Assembly (NCBI GenBank): GCA_010405405.1
Contig: MU004231.1
Coordinates: forward strand, 2,185,860 to 2,249,859
Length of the DNA: 64,000 bases
DNA from: Microthyrium microscopicum
Taxonomy: Eukaryota
Direction of reading: 5' to 3'
The translations under genes and the position numbers were made by a program. A model generated the notes under the pieces. That model saw only the letters and a program-made list of their open reading frames with translations, ran no database searches and had not been told where the DNA came from. This document shows, one piece after another, positions 37,961 to 49,234 of the stretch (its first letter is position 1; each line of letters opens with the position of its first letter).

Positions 37961-38737
37961 AGCCCCATTGCATTTGACGATCTCATAAGTATTCAATGTT
38001 TTCTCTGGAAATCTCGAGTCTCGTCTATTCAAGAAGTAGCATGGCAGGTTTCTTGAACGATGGTGTTATTCATCTCAAAGCTCGACTTCTCCTGATACCA
38101 CAGAGCCAGTCAACGTTGCTAACAGATACAGTTTGCCTGGTTTTGCATGCTATCGATTGGAGAGCTTGCCTCGGGTTGGGTCACAACAGCCACCGAGGCT
38201 TCTTACAAGTATCTCTACGAACGACCTAGAATTAGGAAGTGCCAGAACTGTGGCTGCAAATGCGATAAATGCTCCTAGAGGTGGATGGTGCCTATCGTCT
38301 CTGGCATGCGTTCCAGATAGAGCTGGAAATCTTCAAGACCCGAGATAGAGCATATAGAGTGTTCTTTTCTCTTGACCTTGGCATCGAAACCTTTTCGGTA
38401 CCCTATATATCAGCCTTTCATGGGCCTGAAGTTCATAATCTGGTACAGTGACGACCAACGCACACTCATATTCAAATACAATAGTCCCATTAATATCACC
38501 CACCTTTCCTGTCTCTCACCATTTTCACCCATAATGCCACGGAATCCAAATTCCAACTTCTTACAAAGAGCTGTGGCCGACAGAGTATTCATAGCTCGAA
38601 AACTCGTCGAGCGACAAACACAATAGCATATACCGATCTCTAGAGATACAAGTTGCCAAATTAACCCGACACCTGCGACGCCTTCATCGTATACACCGCT
38701 TCACATCCCCGGATTCAGCCAAAGCCATATTTCAACG

Positions 38738-39285
38738 ATGTCTACGCCAATGCCAAAGCCATCGAGCAACACTAGTCACACAACTACAAAAGTGCCCAAA
38801 GTGGCCAGCACCTGGGATCGAATTTGTACTACCACGAAAACTTTATATGACCATGATAAACATCCAGAGATACTGTTCTTGATCACTGTCTTATCCCTCT
38901 TTGTATACCGGTCTTATTTCTTCACACCCCACCCGTATCTTGCCGACAAATGTCTCGCTGATCGTATAGTCTTCTATGTGCTGGCAGTTACATTCACAAC
39001 ATTAGGCATGGTATTCTGCGTGCCGGTGTTTCTAATCGTAAGTTTTGCCAGTTTTGCTCTACATAGATTGGACGTTGCTAAGGAGTGTAGATCAGCGGCC
39101 ACTGCACGGTTTCGATAGTCAGGATTATACGGGAATGGATCAAGGCTGTATGGGAATGGATCAGGCCTGCACGAGAATGGATCGACCGTTTTGCCAAACG
39201 AGTGGCCGTAGAAGCTGAGGAAATCAGGAGGACCGATGGACTTCTCAAGGAAAAGGCACACTGCAATTGCTGCAAATTCTCCTGA
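38738..39285 (+). CDS. Small membrane protein, tandem family copy 2
   Basis: TLYDHDKHPEILF motif, GMVFCVPVFLI, intron 39038-39090, exon 2 CTVSIVRII..EWI repeats..HCNCCKFS*. Confidence 0.65.
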
Positions 39286-39763
39286 TAGGGTCTCTGATCG
39301 AGTCACTCGAGTAGACGGTGGAGTGTAGCTTGATGAATTTACTTTCATCAATCGGCTACAATATCTCTTTCACTTCAAAAGAAGACAAGCCTTGGCAGAC
39401 TTCATTCGACAAACTGATAGTGACTGAACGCCCTCGATTGGAGTCCGAACCTTCTTCCTCTACAACGTGTGATGACAGATATCGCACTTGATGGGTATGC
39501 ACAATTAGATGGCCCACTTACTTGATTCGTCTACCTTGGCATTCATATGGTCTGGGTACGCTACCTGTATGTAAGTCTTCCATGGACAGGCGCAAGTGAT
39601 TTTGTCAACTCAAGGAGTTTGGTACAAATGTGTCGAGCATAATCTGTTTTCCTGCTTTGAGGTACTGTTCACTAATTAGCTTACCAGACTTCCAGCCACT
39701 ATTGGTACTTTCAAGGCAAAGCCTTATCTTGATTCTCGCAGTCGGTTCATTCAATCTTCGGAT

Positions 39764-40156
39764 ATGTTGCAACCGCGAGCATCAACCAGCAGCAAGATGA
39801 CACAACCCAAGCGAATCCAAGCTTCTGAGCAGATTGGTCAAATCTTACATAATATCTACAATCATGACTACAGTCTAGAGATGACATTTATAAGCCTAGT
39901 TATCTATCCCATCCCATACCGGTCTTTGCTTTACAAAACCACTCCCGGTTCTGGATATCATGTCGAGCCTCTTATCTGTCGGGCACTCCTGTTTCTCGCC
40001 AACGCCATCTTTACCACCATGATTGTATTCGCCATACCGCCAATAGTAGTGGTAGGTTTACTATTGTAGGATGTGGGCCTCGTCAACTAACGATTTATGT
40101 AGACCAGCTGTGTTTGCACGGAGTCGATAGGAAAACTTGTTTTGGTTGGATCATGA
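39764..40156 (+). CDS. Small membrane protein, tandem family copy 3 (possibly frameshifted at the 3' end)
   Basis: IGQILHNIYNHDYSLEMTF motif, intron 40052-40102, exon 2 TSCVCTESIGKLV. Confidence 0.55.
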
Positions 40157-40359
40157 CTGGCTGTTAAGGCCTCTTGGACATGTATGTAGGATAGACCGAA
40201 GAGCCAAAGCATTAGCTAGATTTGCTATGGAGGCTCACAGAGGTTATGACACCTAGATTCCTAGGCTGACAACACATGGTTACAACGAATGATGTTTGCC
40301 ATTCATTCTGCCAGTGCGTTGGTGAAATCAAAGACTCTTGAAACAAGGGAGGTTATATT

Positions 40360-40760
40360 GGCCCCTCCTTTCCAGCTATTTAGTCCTTGAATTCTAGATA
40401 TTTGATACCTGAGGTATCTGAAGCCTTATTAAGACCTAAATGAGAATAGTTTTGCCTAAAGTTAGCTTAGTCTAACTTCGTGGTTAGTAGTTCCTACTGC
40501 TAAGTAAGATACTAACACCTCTATTGTTTACGACTACCGCTACCTCTTTCGTAACGACGTTAAGTAAACTACTCTTATCCGATAACTTAAGTCAAGTTTG
40601 CTTGCCTAATTTCTAAGTGTAAAGCATGAAGAGAACTACTAGAATATACAAATGAATAAGACGAAATAGATGAAAAACATATAATTGTTAGGATCTTAAG
40701 CCAACCTTAAAAGATAAAAAACTTACTTTCGCTATAAATACATTCTAACTGAACACTATT
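40360..40760. mobile_element. AT-rich, TpA-enriched relic (possible RIP-degraded repeat)
   Basis: By eye, dense TAA/TAG/CTA triplets with few CpA/TpG; no ORF; no terminal repeats identified. Confidence 0.35.
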
Positions 40761-41006
40761 TCTATCGCCAGATTCCTGTTTAGGAATAGCTTAGCGTTTT
40801 TCGGTTTCGGACAATAATGGGGCCAAATATCTGGAATCTGGGGGCCAATTGTGATCTCCCTTGAAACAATAGTGCGAGCATAAGTTTCCGTGTGATTCTT
40901 ATACTTTGCGCGTCCCTCTATACCGATTCCTTTTCCCAACCTCTAGACCACTCGTCAAAACTTCGTGAACGCAAATCTATGCACATTGCTGCCTTTATTC
41001 CAAGCC

Positions 41007-41516
41007 ATGGACCATACTAAAGCCAAATCATCAAAATCTGATCCAGCTACAGCGATCATGCCAAGCAAGACCATCCACAAGATCGAAGAGACCATAGGAA
41101 AGGTTTATGAACATGAGAATTTCATCGAGATGGTATTCGTGTGGGCCGTCCTGGTTGCGATGCGATGCGGATACACATTTCTTATACCTCTTGCCGATCT
41201 TGCCAACTGGTGGAAGCTCATTATCCAGATATTTAAGTTTGCACTCTTCACAGTCATTCTTACCGGGCTAGGAATATTATTATTTCCTACCCTATTCGTG
41301 GTGAGTTCGCCGGTCTAAACATTAGACAGACAGTATTGCTAAACCTTATAGACTTGCTATATTTGCACGGCTTCGATAGCAAAGATCATGGTAGGATGGG
41401 TGCGTATATTATGCCCAGTAGACGTTACAATATTGGAAAAGAAATCCCGCTATGGAACTCGCAATTGCGACTGCGTCTGCGGGCGCCATAAGACACTCGA
41501 CGTGTCGACGAAATAA
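41007..41516 (+). CDS. Small membrane protein, tandem family copy 4
   Basis: IEETIGKVYEHENFIEMVF motif, intron 41301-41351, exon 2 TCYICTASIAKIMVGW..NCDCVC. Confidence 0.65.
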
Positions 41517-41675
41517 AGCGCGCCATAATCAGCCTCGCTGGCACCCAAATGCTACGTTACATTGTCGAATGGCTTACGTGATAAAGACCAGATTAAGTTC
41601 CTAGGCTTTCATGAAAGGGTACAGGAAATACTACAGCAATCGATAGGCTACATGTCAGTGTTAAATCGAGTTTCT

Positions 41676-42865
41676 TTATGCCGGAACCGGCAAGGCAGCC
41701 TGTAGCTTCTTAAATGCTTCAATATCCTCGAACAAGCCCTTGATGATCTCCTTCGTCTCCTTAGAGGCACTCACAACCATACCGCCATACTTCTTGAATG
41801 ACTCCTTGTCTGGCTTGTAGTGATACCACGCACTGTTCACAAATGTCGCCAAGTTCAAACCGGGGCGCTCGATCTTATGTAGCATGTCCATGTACTTGAC
41901 TTCAAGGTCAGTTGGATAGGCGCCAGTCTCCTTGGCGACGGGTCGCGGGCCAGTGGGAGCCTCGAACTTTCCGGTATAGAGTGGTGGGCCGGGTAGAGTC
42001 TAGAAACTGTCAGTGATGGTGGGCTCCGTTACGAGAAGTTTACTCACATATTTGCTGTTCTGCTCAGTGCCAGACTCATTACCATAGGTCATGAATGGCT
42101 GGAAAGTGAAGCCGGGATCAGTAGGCTTATAAGCACCTGGAAAGGTGACGCCTTCAGGTTGAGCATCACCAGAGCCGACGATATCGAGGTTGAAACAATA
42201 GGGGTACCACTGGATGCCAGCAAGAGCTCCCTTGTTCAAATTCTTCATATTACCATGAAGGGCGATGAGTTCAGTGCGGAGGATGTACGTTCCGGACTTA
42301 ATATCGCTTGGGATTCTGACTTTGTAGCTGTCTCCGTTCTCAGAAGCCCACTCGTTAGCCCAGCGATCGATGGAGGCATCGAAGCCCTTTTCAAATATCT
42401 TGAAGAACTTGACTTGCTGGGGTGGTGTATCCGGTGTCGGTAATAAACCTAAGTATGTGATAATCGGACCTTGATGCATCCGAGTTATGGGAGTCCAGTA
42501 AAAAGTCACTTCGGCGCCGGCACGGGTTGGGGCCTTTAGTAGAGGAGGCTTTGCGTTTTCGCGGCCTCAGAATTTTAGCTTTTATCCGTAGAAGGTTTTC
42601 ATACAACTCACAAGCGAGGTCTGGGTCAGTAAAGTTCTGAATTGGGTTGAAAGTTGTGAGGACAATGTCGTGTGACCATTCAATTCTTCGGACCGGCATC
42701 AAGAGATGGTCGATCCTAGAGTCAAATGGAGGATATCTGCGACTTTATTAGACGCATATCTCAATGTCAAGAACTCTCTTACGCTGTGCCATCCACAGTG
42801 ATGGACTTGACGCCGCTATGGGCCAAAGCGGCGCCCACGAATAGCAAACTTGTCCAGATGGCCAT
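41676..42865 (-). CDS. AA9 lytic polysaccharide monooxygenase with C-terminal extension
   Basis: Signal peptide MAIWTSLLFVGAALA then His1 (HSGV), DPDLAC, HQGPIITYL, GTYILRTELIALH, QWYPYC, FPGAYKPTDPG; three introns. Confidence 0.92.
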
Positions 42866-43882
42866 TTTTCTATCTCGAGTCTACTGAAGTACAACCTACT
42901 TTTTGGATGCATCTTCTAGCCGGGGACTCTTTCTAATAAGAGATGTGAATCGCGAAATGTAAGTGCTAGTATTGGGCCCAATTAATGTCAGTGATATCCC
43001 CAATTAATATAAACAACGACCTAGATCGTCAAGCAGTCTTTCGATTGGTCCACACACGTCGTGATAGACTCACTAAATAGATTTCTGGGCTGCTGGTAAT
43101 GATCGGAGGCTAGTCAGGTACCAATAGGTAAATTGTGTATCTGACAGTTTATATCAATGTCGGCGTGAAAGGCGCCGACTCAATTTGACCCCCTTGACAT
43201 GATCTTGATCAAATCTCGTGGAGAATTACGATTTCATCGCCGGAGGTTACCAAGCCCTATGCGTTCAAAACTTGTATTCTAATCAGATCAACTCACTAGT
43301 TGCGAATTTTCTCTTGAACGGTCTATTTCTCTTAGAATAGTTCCTGATGCAAGTTCTTGTTGCGATCCTGGCAAGCTTCCATGAAGTGGTATGTCTATTA
43401 CCATATGCTATGCTTTGCAAACAAGTGCTTTATTCGAAGCTAGAAGCGTGAGATTGCAGATGCTGCATTGAATCAAGATACGATGAGGCAATATAGCATC
43501 TCTTCTCATGTACTTGTAGTTTTGGTGGGAGCCATGGTTGTCGATCGACAATGAGAGCGCGCGATTTATGCTGTTATTCGATTCGGAGGCCAGAAATGAT
43601 GAAGGAGGCATATTGATTCACAAATACACCCTTTCAAGAAGGCTTTCAATACTACTAGAAGTAACATGGTACCTGCTCATGTTTCTAGCCGATGTATGGA
43701 AGAGAATGTTTGGTGGTAGAGTCAACAACTAGAGTATACGATGCCCCTCATTTCATCATCCCATTGCCCCACTTCGAGTACACTCCCTGGTCCATACGAA
43801 AATTGTTCTGAGTTTTAGCTGCCATCTTCTCTCTTTTTGATCGTGACATATGCTTTGATATCTCCATGGAACTAAGTCTAAC

Positions 43883-46800
43883 ATGACTTCTCCATCAGAA
43901 CCGTACCTTGTTCTCCCTGGCTCTTATGCCTTCTCAGATTTCCGCCTCGCTCGCATCGCCAACGCGCTCGGCGCATCCTCAGTTCGCGCCCTATGGGTTC
44001 ACTATGTCAACCCGACTGGTGCGATAACCAGCGATACGCTCAGTAAACTCGGGTTTCTACTCGAGTACGGGGAACAGCCGAACCAGCAAGACCGTCTCAC
44101 ACTTACACTGCTCGATGCCCTCAACCACTCCGCCGAACCAAAAGACGAGAACGTTAGTCTTTTTTACATCGTCCCAAGACCAGGCACAATCTCACCATGG
44201 AGTTCCCAAGCAACGAGTATTGCTCACGTTTGTGGCTTGGGGGACTTGGTTGGCAGCATAGAACGTGGAATGGTTATTGCTGCCTCCTTGGACAAGCCGC
44301 TAGACGCCGATTCAATCCCCAATCCAGACACACTTTATGATCGAATGACGCAAACAATAAGTCGAACGGCGCCGAACCTTGACATACTCTTCGAAGAACA
44401 TAAGCCAGCACCTGCCAAAACTATACCTCTGATTGGCGCCGCCAACCCAAAAGCTGTCCTCGAAGCTGCCAATAGTGAACTCGGACTCGCCCTCGACAAT
44501 TCAGAAATCGAATATCTCCTGACTGCCTATACCGAACAGTTGAAGAGGAACCCGGTAGATGTCGAGCTTTTCATGTTTGCGCAGGTCAATTCGGAGCACT
44601 GTCGTCATAAGCAATTCAATGCATCGTGGACAATTGATGGCTTGCGAAAGGCCTCGTCACTCTTCGATATGATTCGAAACACGCATAGAAGACATCCGCA
44701 ACATGTTGTCTCGGCATACAGCGATAATGCCGCGGTGCTAAGTGGCGAAAATGCAAGTCATTGGGCGCCAAACTATGCCACTGGCGAGTGGAGCCTGACC
44801 AAGGAAGTAGTGCACTATCTGGCCAAGGTCGAAACACACAACCATCCTACAGCGGTATCGCCATATCCGGGAGCAGCAACTGGCTCAGGAGGAGAGATTC
44901 GGGACGAAGGGGCGGTAGGTCGAGGATCCCGGCCGAAAGCTGGATTATCTGGGTTTACAGTGTCGGATCTGTTGATACCCGAATTCAAACAGCCATGGGA
45001 GATGAATGCAGGAAAGCCAGCTCATATTGCCAGCAGTCTAGACATTATGCTCGAGGCACCTATCGGGAGCGCCACATTCAACAACGAATTTGGTCGGCCG
45101 TGTACGACTGGTTATTTCAGAACTCTGACGACAGAAGTGACGCTGGCTGACAAGAGCAAAGAAATAAAGGGTTACCATAAGCCCATTATGATTGCTGGTG
45201 GAGTGGGAACTGTGAGGCCAGAGCATGCGCTCAAGACGAAAGGCTTAGTCAATCCGGGGGCTCAACTCATAGTGATCGGAGGCCCTGCCATGCTCATCGG
45301 TCTAGGAGGTGGCGCAGCCTCAAGCGTCCAATCTGGAGAAGGATCTATTGACCTGGACTTTGCCAGTGTACAACGAGGGAACGCCGAAGTTCAGCGACGA
45401 GCGCAAGAAGTCATCAACACATGCACATCTTTAGGAGCCCAGAATCCGATATTGTTCATCCACGATGTCGGTGCTGGTGGATTATCCAATGCTTTACCAG
45501 AACTCGTTCATGATTCAGACCTTGGTGCTAAGTTCGAGCTACGAGAAGTCGATAATGCTGACAAGGGAATGAGTCCTCTCCAAATCTGGTGCTGCGAAGC
45601 GCAAGAAAGATATGTAATGGCCGTTTCTGAAGACAAGCTTGAGCAATTCAAAAAGATATGCCGAAGAGAACGATGTGGCTATTCACTCGTAGGGACAGCT
45701 ACAGGATCAAGCGAATCTGCAGATAACAGATTGATTCTAGTAGATCGAGACTCTCGGGACTTCCCGACTGTGATAGACCTCCCTATGTCGACGTTGTTTG
45801 GAAAGCCACCCCGGATGACGAGAATAGTGGACTCTAAGAAGCTGGCGCTACCACCATTTGACAGCAGTTTGACACAATATATCCCAAAAGCCGACTCGTC
45901 TGGCGTTCTCAGTGAGGCAGTCAATCGTGTTCTTGCTCTTCCAACCGTTGGATCCAAGTCTTTTCTCATCACGATTGGCGATAGAAGTGTAGGTGGTCTC
46001 ACCACACGAGATCAAATGGTTGGGCCGTGGCAGGTACCTGTTGCAGATGTTTCTGTGACTGCGACTTCCCTGATGGAAGGCATCAAAACTGGAGAGGCCA
46101 TGGCAATGGGCGAGAAGCCAACCTTGGCACTAATATCACCGGCCGCATCCGCCAGGATGTCCGTCGTGGAGTCGCTCATGAACATAGCTGCAGCTCATCT
46201 GTCGGGACAACTAACAAAGATTCGGCTATCCGCAAACTGGATGGCGGCGAGTAGTCACCCTGGGGAAGGTGCCGCACTATACGAGGCTGTTGAAGCCATT
46301 GGAATGAAACTCTGTCCGGAGCTAGGCATCAGCATACCGGTTGGCAAAGACTCCATGTCCATGAAAATGAAATGGAAAGACCCAAAGAGCAAAGAGTCGA
46401 GAGAAGTTGTTTCACCACTATCACTGGTTATCACAGCATTCGCACCAGTGAGCAGAATAGATCGCACTTGGACACCTGCACTGCGTCGCCCCGAAGAGGT
46501 GGGCGAGTCTCTGTTGATGTTTGTAGATCTGGCAGAAGCAAGACGTCGGATGGGTGGCTCAGCTATTGCTCAAGTCTTCTCTCAAATCGGCGATGATTGC
46601 CCCGATGCAGATGATGCTCTGATTATCAAGGACTTCTTTGATGGATTAGAGCAGCTACATGAATCCGATGCAGTCCTAGCGTACCACGACAGATCGGATG
46701 GCGGATTATTCACTACGCTTGCTGAAATGGCATTTGCTGGCAGATGCGGCATCGATATCATGTTAGACGCAATCTGTCCCAGCAGCAGCACCAAAGACGT

Positions 46801-48037
46801 AATTGAGGGCCTCTTCAATGAGGAACTGGGCGCAGTCTTCCAAATACCGAAGAACAAGGAACGAGAATTCAAGAGCTGTTTCGCCACATGCGGTCCGCCA
46901 ATTGGAATGATCAAAAAGATTGGCGTGGTACTTCCTCGAACTCAGCAAACCATGACGTTCCGTGTCGGCCCCACAGTTGTTTATCAGAGTACGCGCGCAG
47001 TGCTTCAACAAAGATGGGCGTCCACCTCATATCATATGCAAAAGCTCCGCGATAATCCAGCTTGCGCTGAAGAGGAGTTTTACTCCTTACTGGACAACAA
47101 CGACCCCGGCCTTGCGTACAACCTCACCTACAAGCCTAAAGAAAATATACTTCCTCTAACATCCACAATCACATCCGTTTTCTCCTCAAAACCGTGCGTT
47201 GCTATTCTCCGCGAAGAAGGTGTCAATGGTCAATCTGAAATGGCCTTTGCCTTCCACTCAGCGGGCTTCTCTGCGATTGATGTCCACATGACCGACATCC
47301 TCTCCGGTCGCGTCTCCCTATCCTCATTTATCGGTCTCGCTGCTTGTGGCGGCTTTTCCTACGCCGACGTTCTTGGTGCCGGTCAAGGGTGGGCCAAATC
47401 CGTTCTCCTCCATGATGATGCACGCAAAGACTTTGCCGATTTTTTCTCCCGCAAAGAAACTTTTGCACTAGGCGTCTGCAACGGCTGCCAATTCCTCAGC
47501 CGCCTCAAGAGTATCATCCCAGGCGCTGAGGGCTGGCCGACATTCGAGCGCAATGCCAGCGAGCAATACGAGGCGCGTGTCTGTATGGTCGAAGTCATGG
47601 ATGGACCGACCGCTGCACAAACAGAGACAATCATCAACACGGCCCCAGGTCTGCAACCAAGCGTGTTTTTGCATGGCATGAACTCGTCTAGTTTGCCGAT
47701 TGTCACCGCACACGGCGAAGGTCGCGCGAGCTTTTCGTCGGATCCTACGTCGACGCATACAGCACAAGCACTGCTGGATCAAGGGCTTGTGACGATGCGG
47801 TATGTGGACAACTATCGTCGGCCTACAGAGAAATATCCGTTCAATCCAAACGGTAGCCCAGCTGGTATCGCTGGCGTGCGCACACCAGATGGGCGCGTAT
47901 TGGCGATGATGCCTCATCCTGAGCGTATGGTGCTGCGTGAAGCGTCGAGTTGGCTGCCAGATGGCGTGCAGTCGGAATGGGGAGAGTTTGGAGCGTGGAT
48001 GCGACTGTTTAGAAGTGCCAGGCGATGGGTCGGTTGA
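43883..48037 (+). CDS. ADE6: Phosphoribosylformylglycinamidine synthase (large PurL)
   Basis: 1384-aa intronless ORF; QVNSEHCRHK, KVETHNHPT, GAATGSGGEIRDEG, HDVGAGG, GVCNGCQ, MPHPER. Confidence 0.98.
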   Translation: MTSPSEPYLVLPGSYAFSDFRLARIANALGASSVRALWVHYVNPTGAITSDTLSKLGFLLEYGEQPNQQDRLTLTLLDALNHSAEPKDENVSLFYIVPRPGTISPWSSQATSIAHVCGLGDLVGSIERGMVIAASLDKPLDADSIPNPDTLYDRMTQTISRTAPNLDILFEEHKPAPAKTIPLIGAANPKAVLEAANSELGLALDNSEIEYLLTAYTEQLKRNPVDVELFMFAQVNSEHCRHKQFNASWTIDGLRKASSLFDMIRNTHRRHPQHVVSAYSDNAAVLSGENASHWAPNYATGEWSLTKEVVHYLAKVETHNHPTAVSPYPGAATGSGGEIRDEGAVGRGSRPKAGLSGFTVSDLLIPEFKQPWEMNAGKPAHIASSLDIMLEAPIGSATFNNEFGRPCTTGYFRTLTTEVTLADKSKEIKGYHKPIMIAGGVGTVRPEHALKTKGLVNPGAQLIVIGGPAMLIGLGGGAASSVQSGEGSIDLDFASVQRGNAEVQRRAQEVINTCTSLGAQNPILFIHDVGAGGLSNALPELVHDSDLGAKFELREVDNADKGMSPLQIWCCEAQERYVMAVSEDKLEQFKKICRRERCGYSLVGTATGSSESADNRLILVDRDSRDFPTVIDLPMSTLFGKPPRMTRIVDSKKLALPPFDSSLTQYIPKADSSGVLSEAVNRVLALPTVGSKSFLITIGDRSVGGLTTRDQMVGPWQVPVADVSVTATSLMEGIKTGEAMAMGEKPTLALISPAASARMSVVESLMNIAAAHLSGQLTKIRLSANWMAASSHPGEGAALYEAVEAIGMKLCPELGISIPVGKDSMSMKMKWKDPKSKESREVVSPLSLVITAFAPVSRIDRTWTPALRRPEEVGESLLMFVDLAEARRRMGGSAIAQVFSQIGDDCPDADDALIIKDFFDGLEQLHESDAVLAYHDRSDGGLFTTLAEMAFAGRCGIDIMLDAICPSSSTKDVIEGLFNEELGAVFQIPKNKEREFKSCFATCGPPIGMIKKIGVVLPRTQQTMTFRVGPTVVYQSTRAVLQQRWASTSYHMQKLRDNPACAEEEFYSLLDNNDPGLAYNLTYKPKENILPLTSTITSVFSSKPCVAILREEGVNGQSEMAFAFHSAGFSAIDVHMTDILSGRVSLSSFIGLAACGGFSYADVLGAGQGWAKSVLLHDDARKDFADFFSRKETFALGVCNGCQFLSRLKSIIPGAEGWPTFERNASEQYEARVCMVEVMDGPTAAQTETIINTAPGLQPSVFLHGMNSSSLPIVTAHGEGRASFSSDPTSTHTAQALLDQGLVTMRYVDNYRRPTEKYPFNPNGSPAGIAGVRTPDGRVLAMMPHPERMVLREASSWLPDGVQSEWGEFGAWMRLFRSARRWVG

Positions 48038-48183
48038 TACATGTTGTACGCATGTTAAAGGTCGTAGAAGCCACGTCATACAGATATTGAAGAATTTGTA
48101 TTCATGTATTATCATTCTCCAGCGCCAACGCAATGCAAAAATGCCAATTCGTGATGATATGCCTTCATTTCGTTGTAGACCAG

Positions 48184-48746
48184 TTAGACACCGAGCGCTT
48201 GCTTCATATATGCCTTGACCGTCGTCTCATACTGCTGCCGATGATCACGCCACATCTTCGCCGCCTCGATGTTCGCTGGACTCTCATCATTCGGCTCAGC
48301 CAACAAACTCATCACGCTTATCAATATCTTTTCCACGCTTTGGATCGGGCTCCAGCGCTCACTCGCGAGCTCGTAGTGGTTTGGATCGTCCCCTGCTGGG
48401 TGCAGAATGGATATGCACACCTTGCCATCTGGATACACTACAGATCGCATTAGCATACACTCTCTTCTCAAACACTATCATGGGTTTAATTACCATTTGG
48501 ATGCCACATCTTATGCACAAACCGCATCGTCGGCGGCTTCAGCGGGTAGTCATCAGGAAACTTGAGCTCCGCTTCAAAAACTCCGCCTTCAAATGGCGTA
48601 CCTTCTGGCCCGTTGAAGAGGGCGATCCAGTTGAAGTAGTCGTCTTCGTCGGCGGGACCGGCGACGATGCCGTCGGGTGGGTCGGCGGTTATGCCTTCGT
48701 ATTCGTGGCGGAGACGCTTGAAGGCGACGCGGTTGTTGCGGGACAT
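48184..48746 (-). CDS. UBC7: Ubiquitin-conjugating enzyme E2, Ubc7/UBE2G type
   Basis: [28 protein letters not shown] with the acidic insertion [16 protein letters not shown]; one intron. Confidence 0.95.
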
Positions 48747-49234
48747 TGTTGAGGTATAGGTTGTGCGACGGAAGGGATAGATGGCTTGAGCGGTGAGGCA
48801 GTGGGCTGAGATGGTGTACTGTATAATTGCTGGGTCGGTAATTGGTAGGTGGTTGTAGGAACTGAGTGTGGCCTGGTACAGAGCATGTGGTGATAGGTGT
48901 TTGCATGTCATAGGGGCGATATATGAATCAAACTGGGGGCTATAGGTACTAATGTAGGTACTTCTCACGTTCTGTACACAGGAGAATCATGAGATCACAA
49001 AATGTTGCGTGGAGAATTACCTTAGAGTCACTGTGCTGATACTGTGATACGAGATGATTTAGAAGAGAAGAGACTTGAATCATACTTTTGACACTCAAAT
49101 TAGAAGCAACTACTTCAAACTTGATAAATGATTACACTTTCTATTGCCTAGCCGATGGCCATCTTGGGCCATGTAGAGGTAGTCTGTAGACAAAGCGGTT
49201 GATGTCTATAGACTATCCCACTTTCTTGTCCTCT

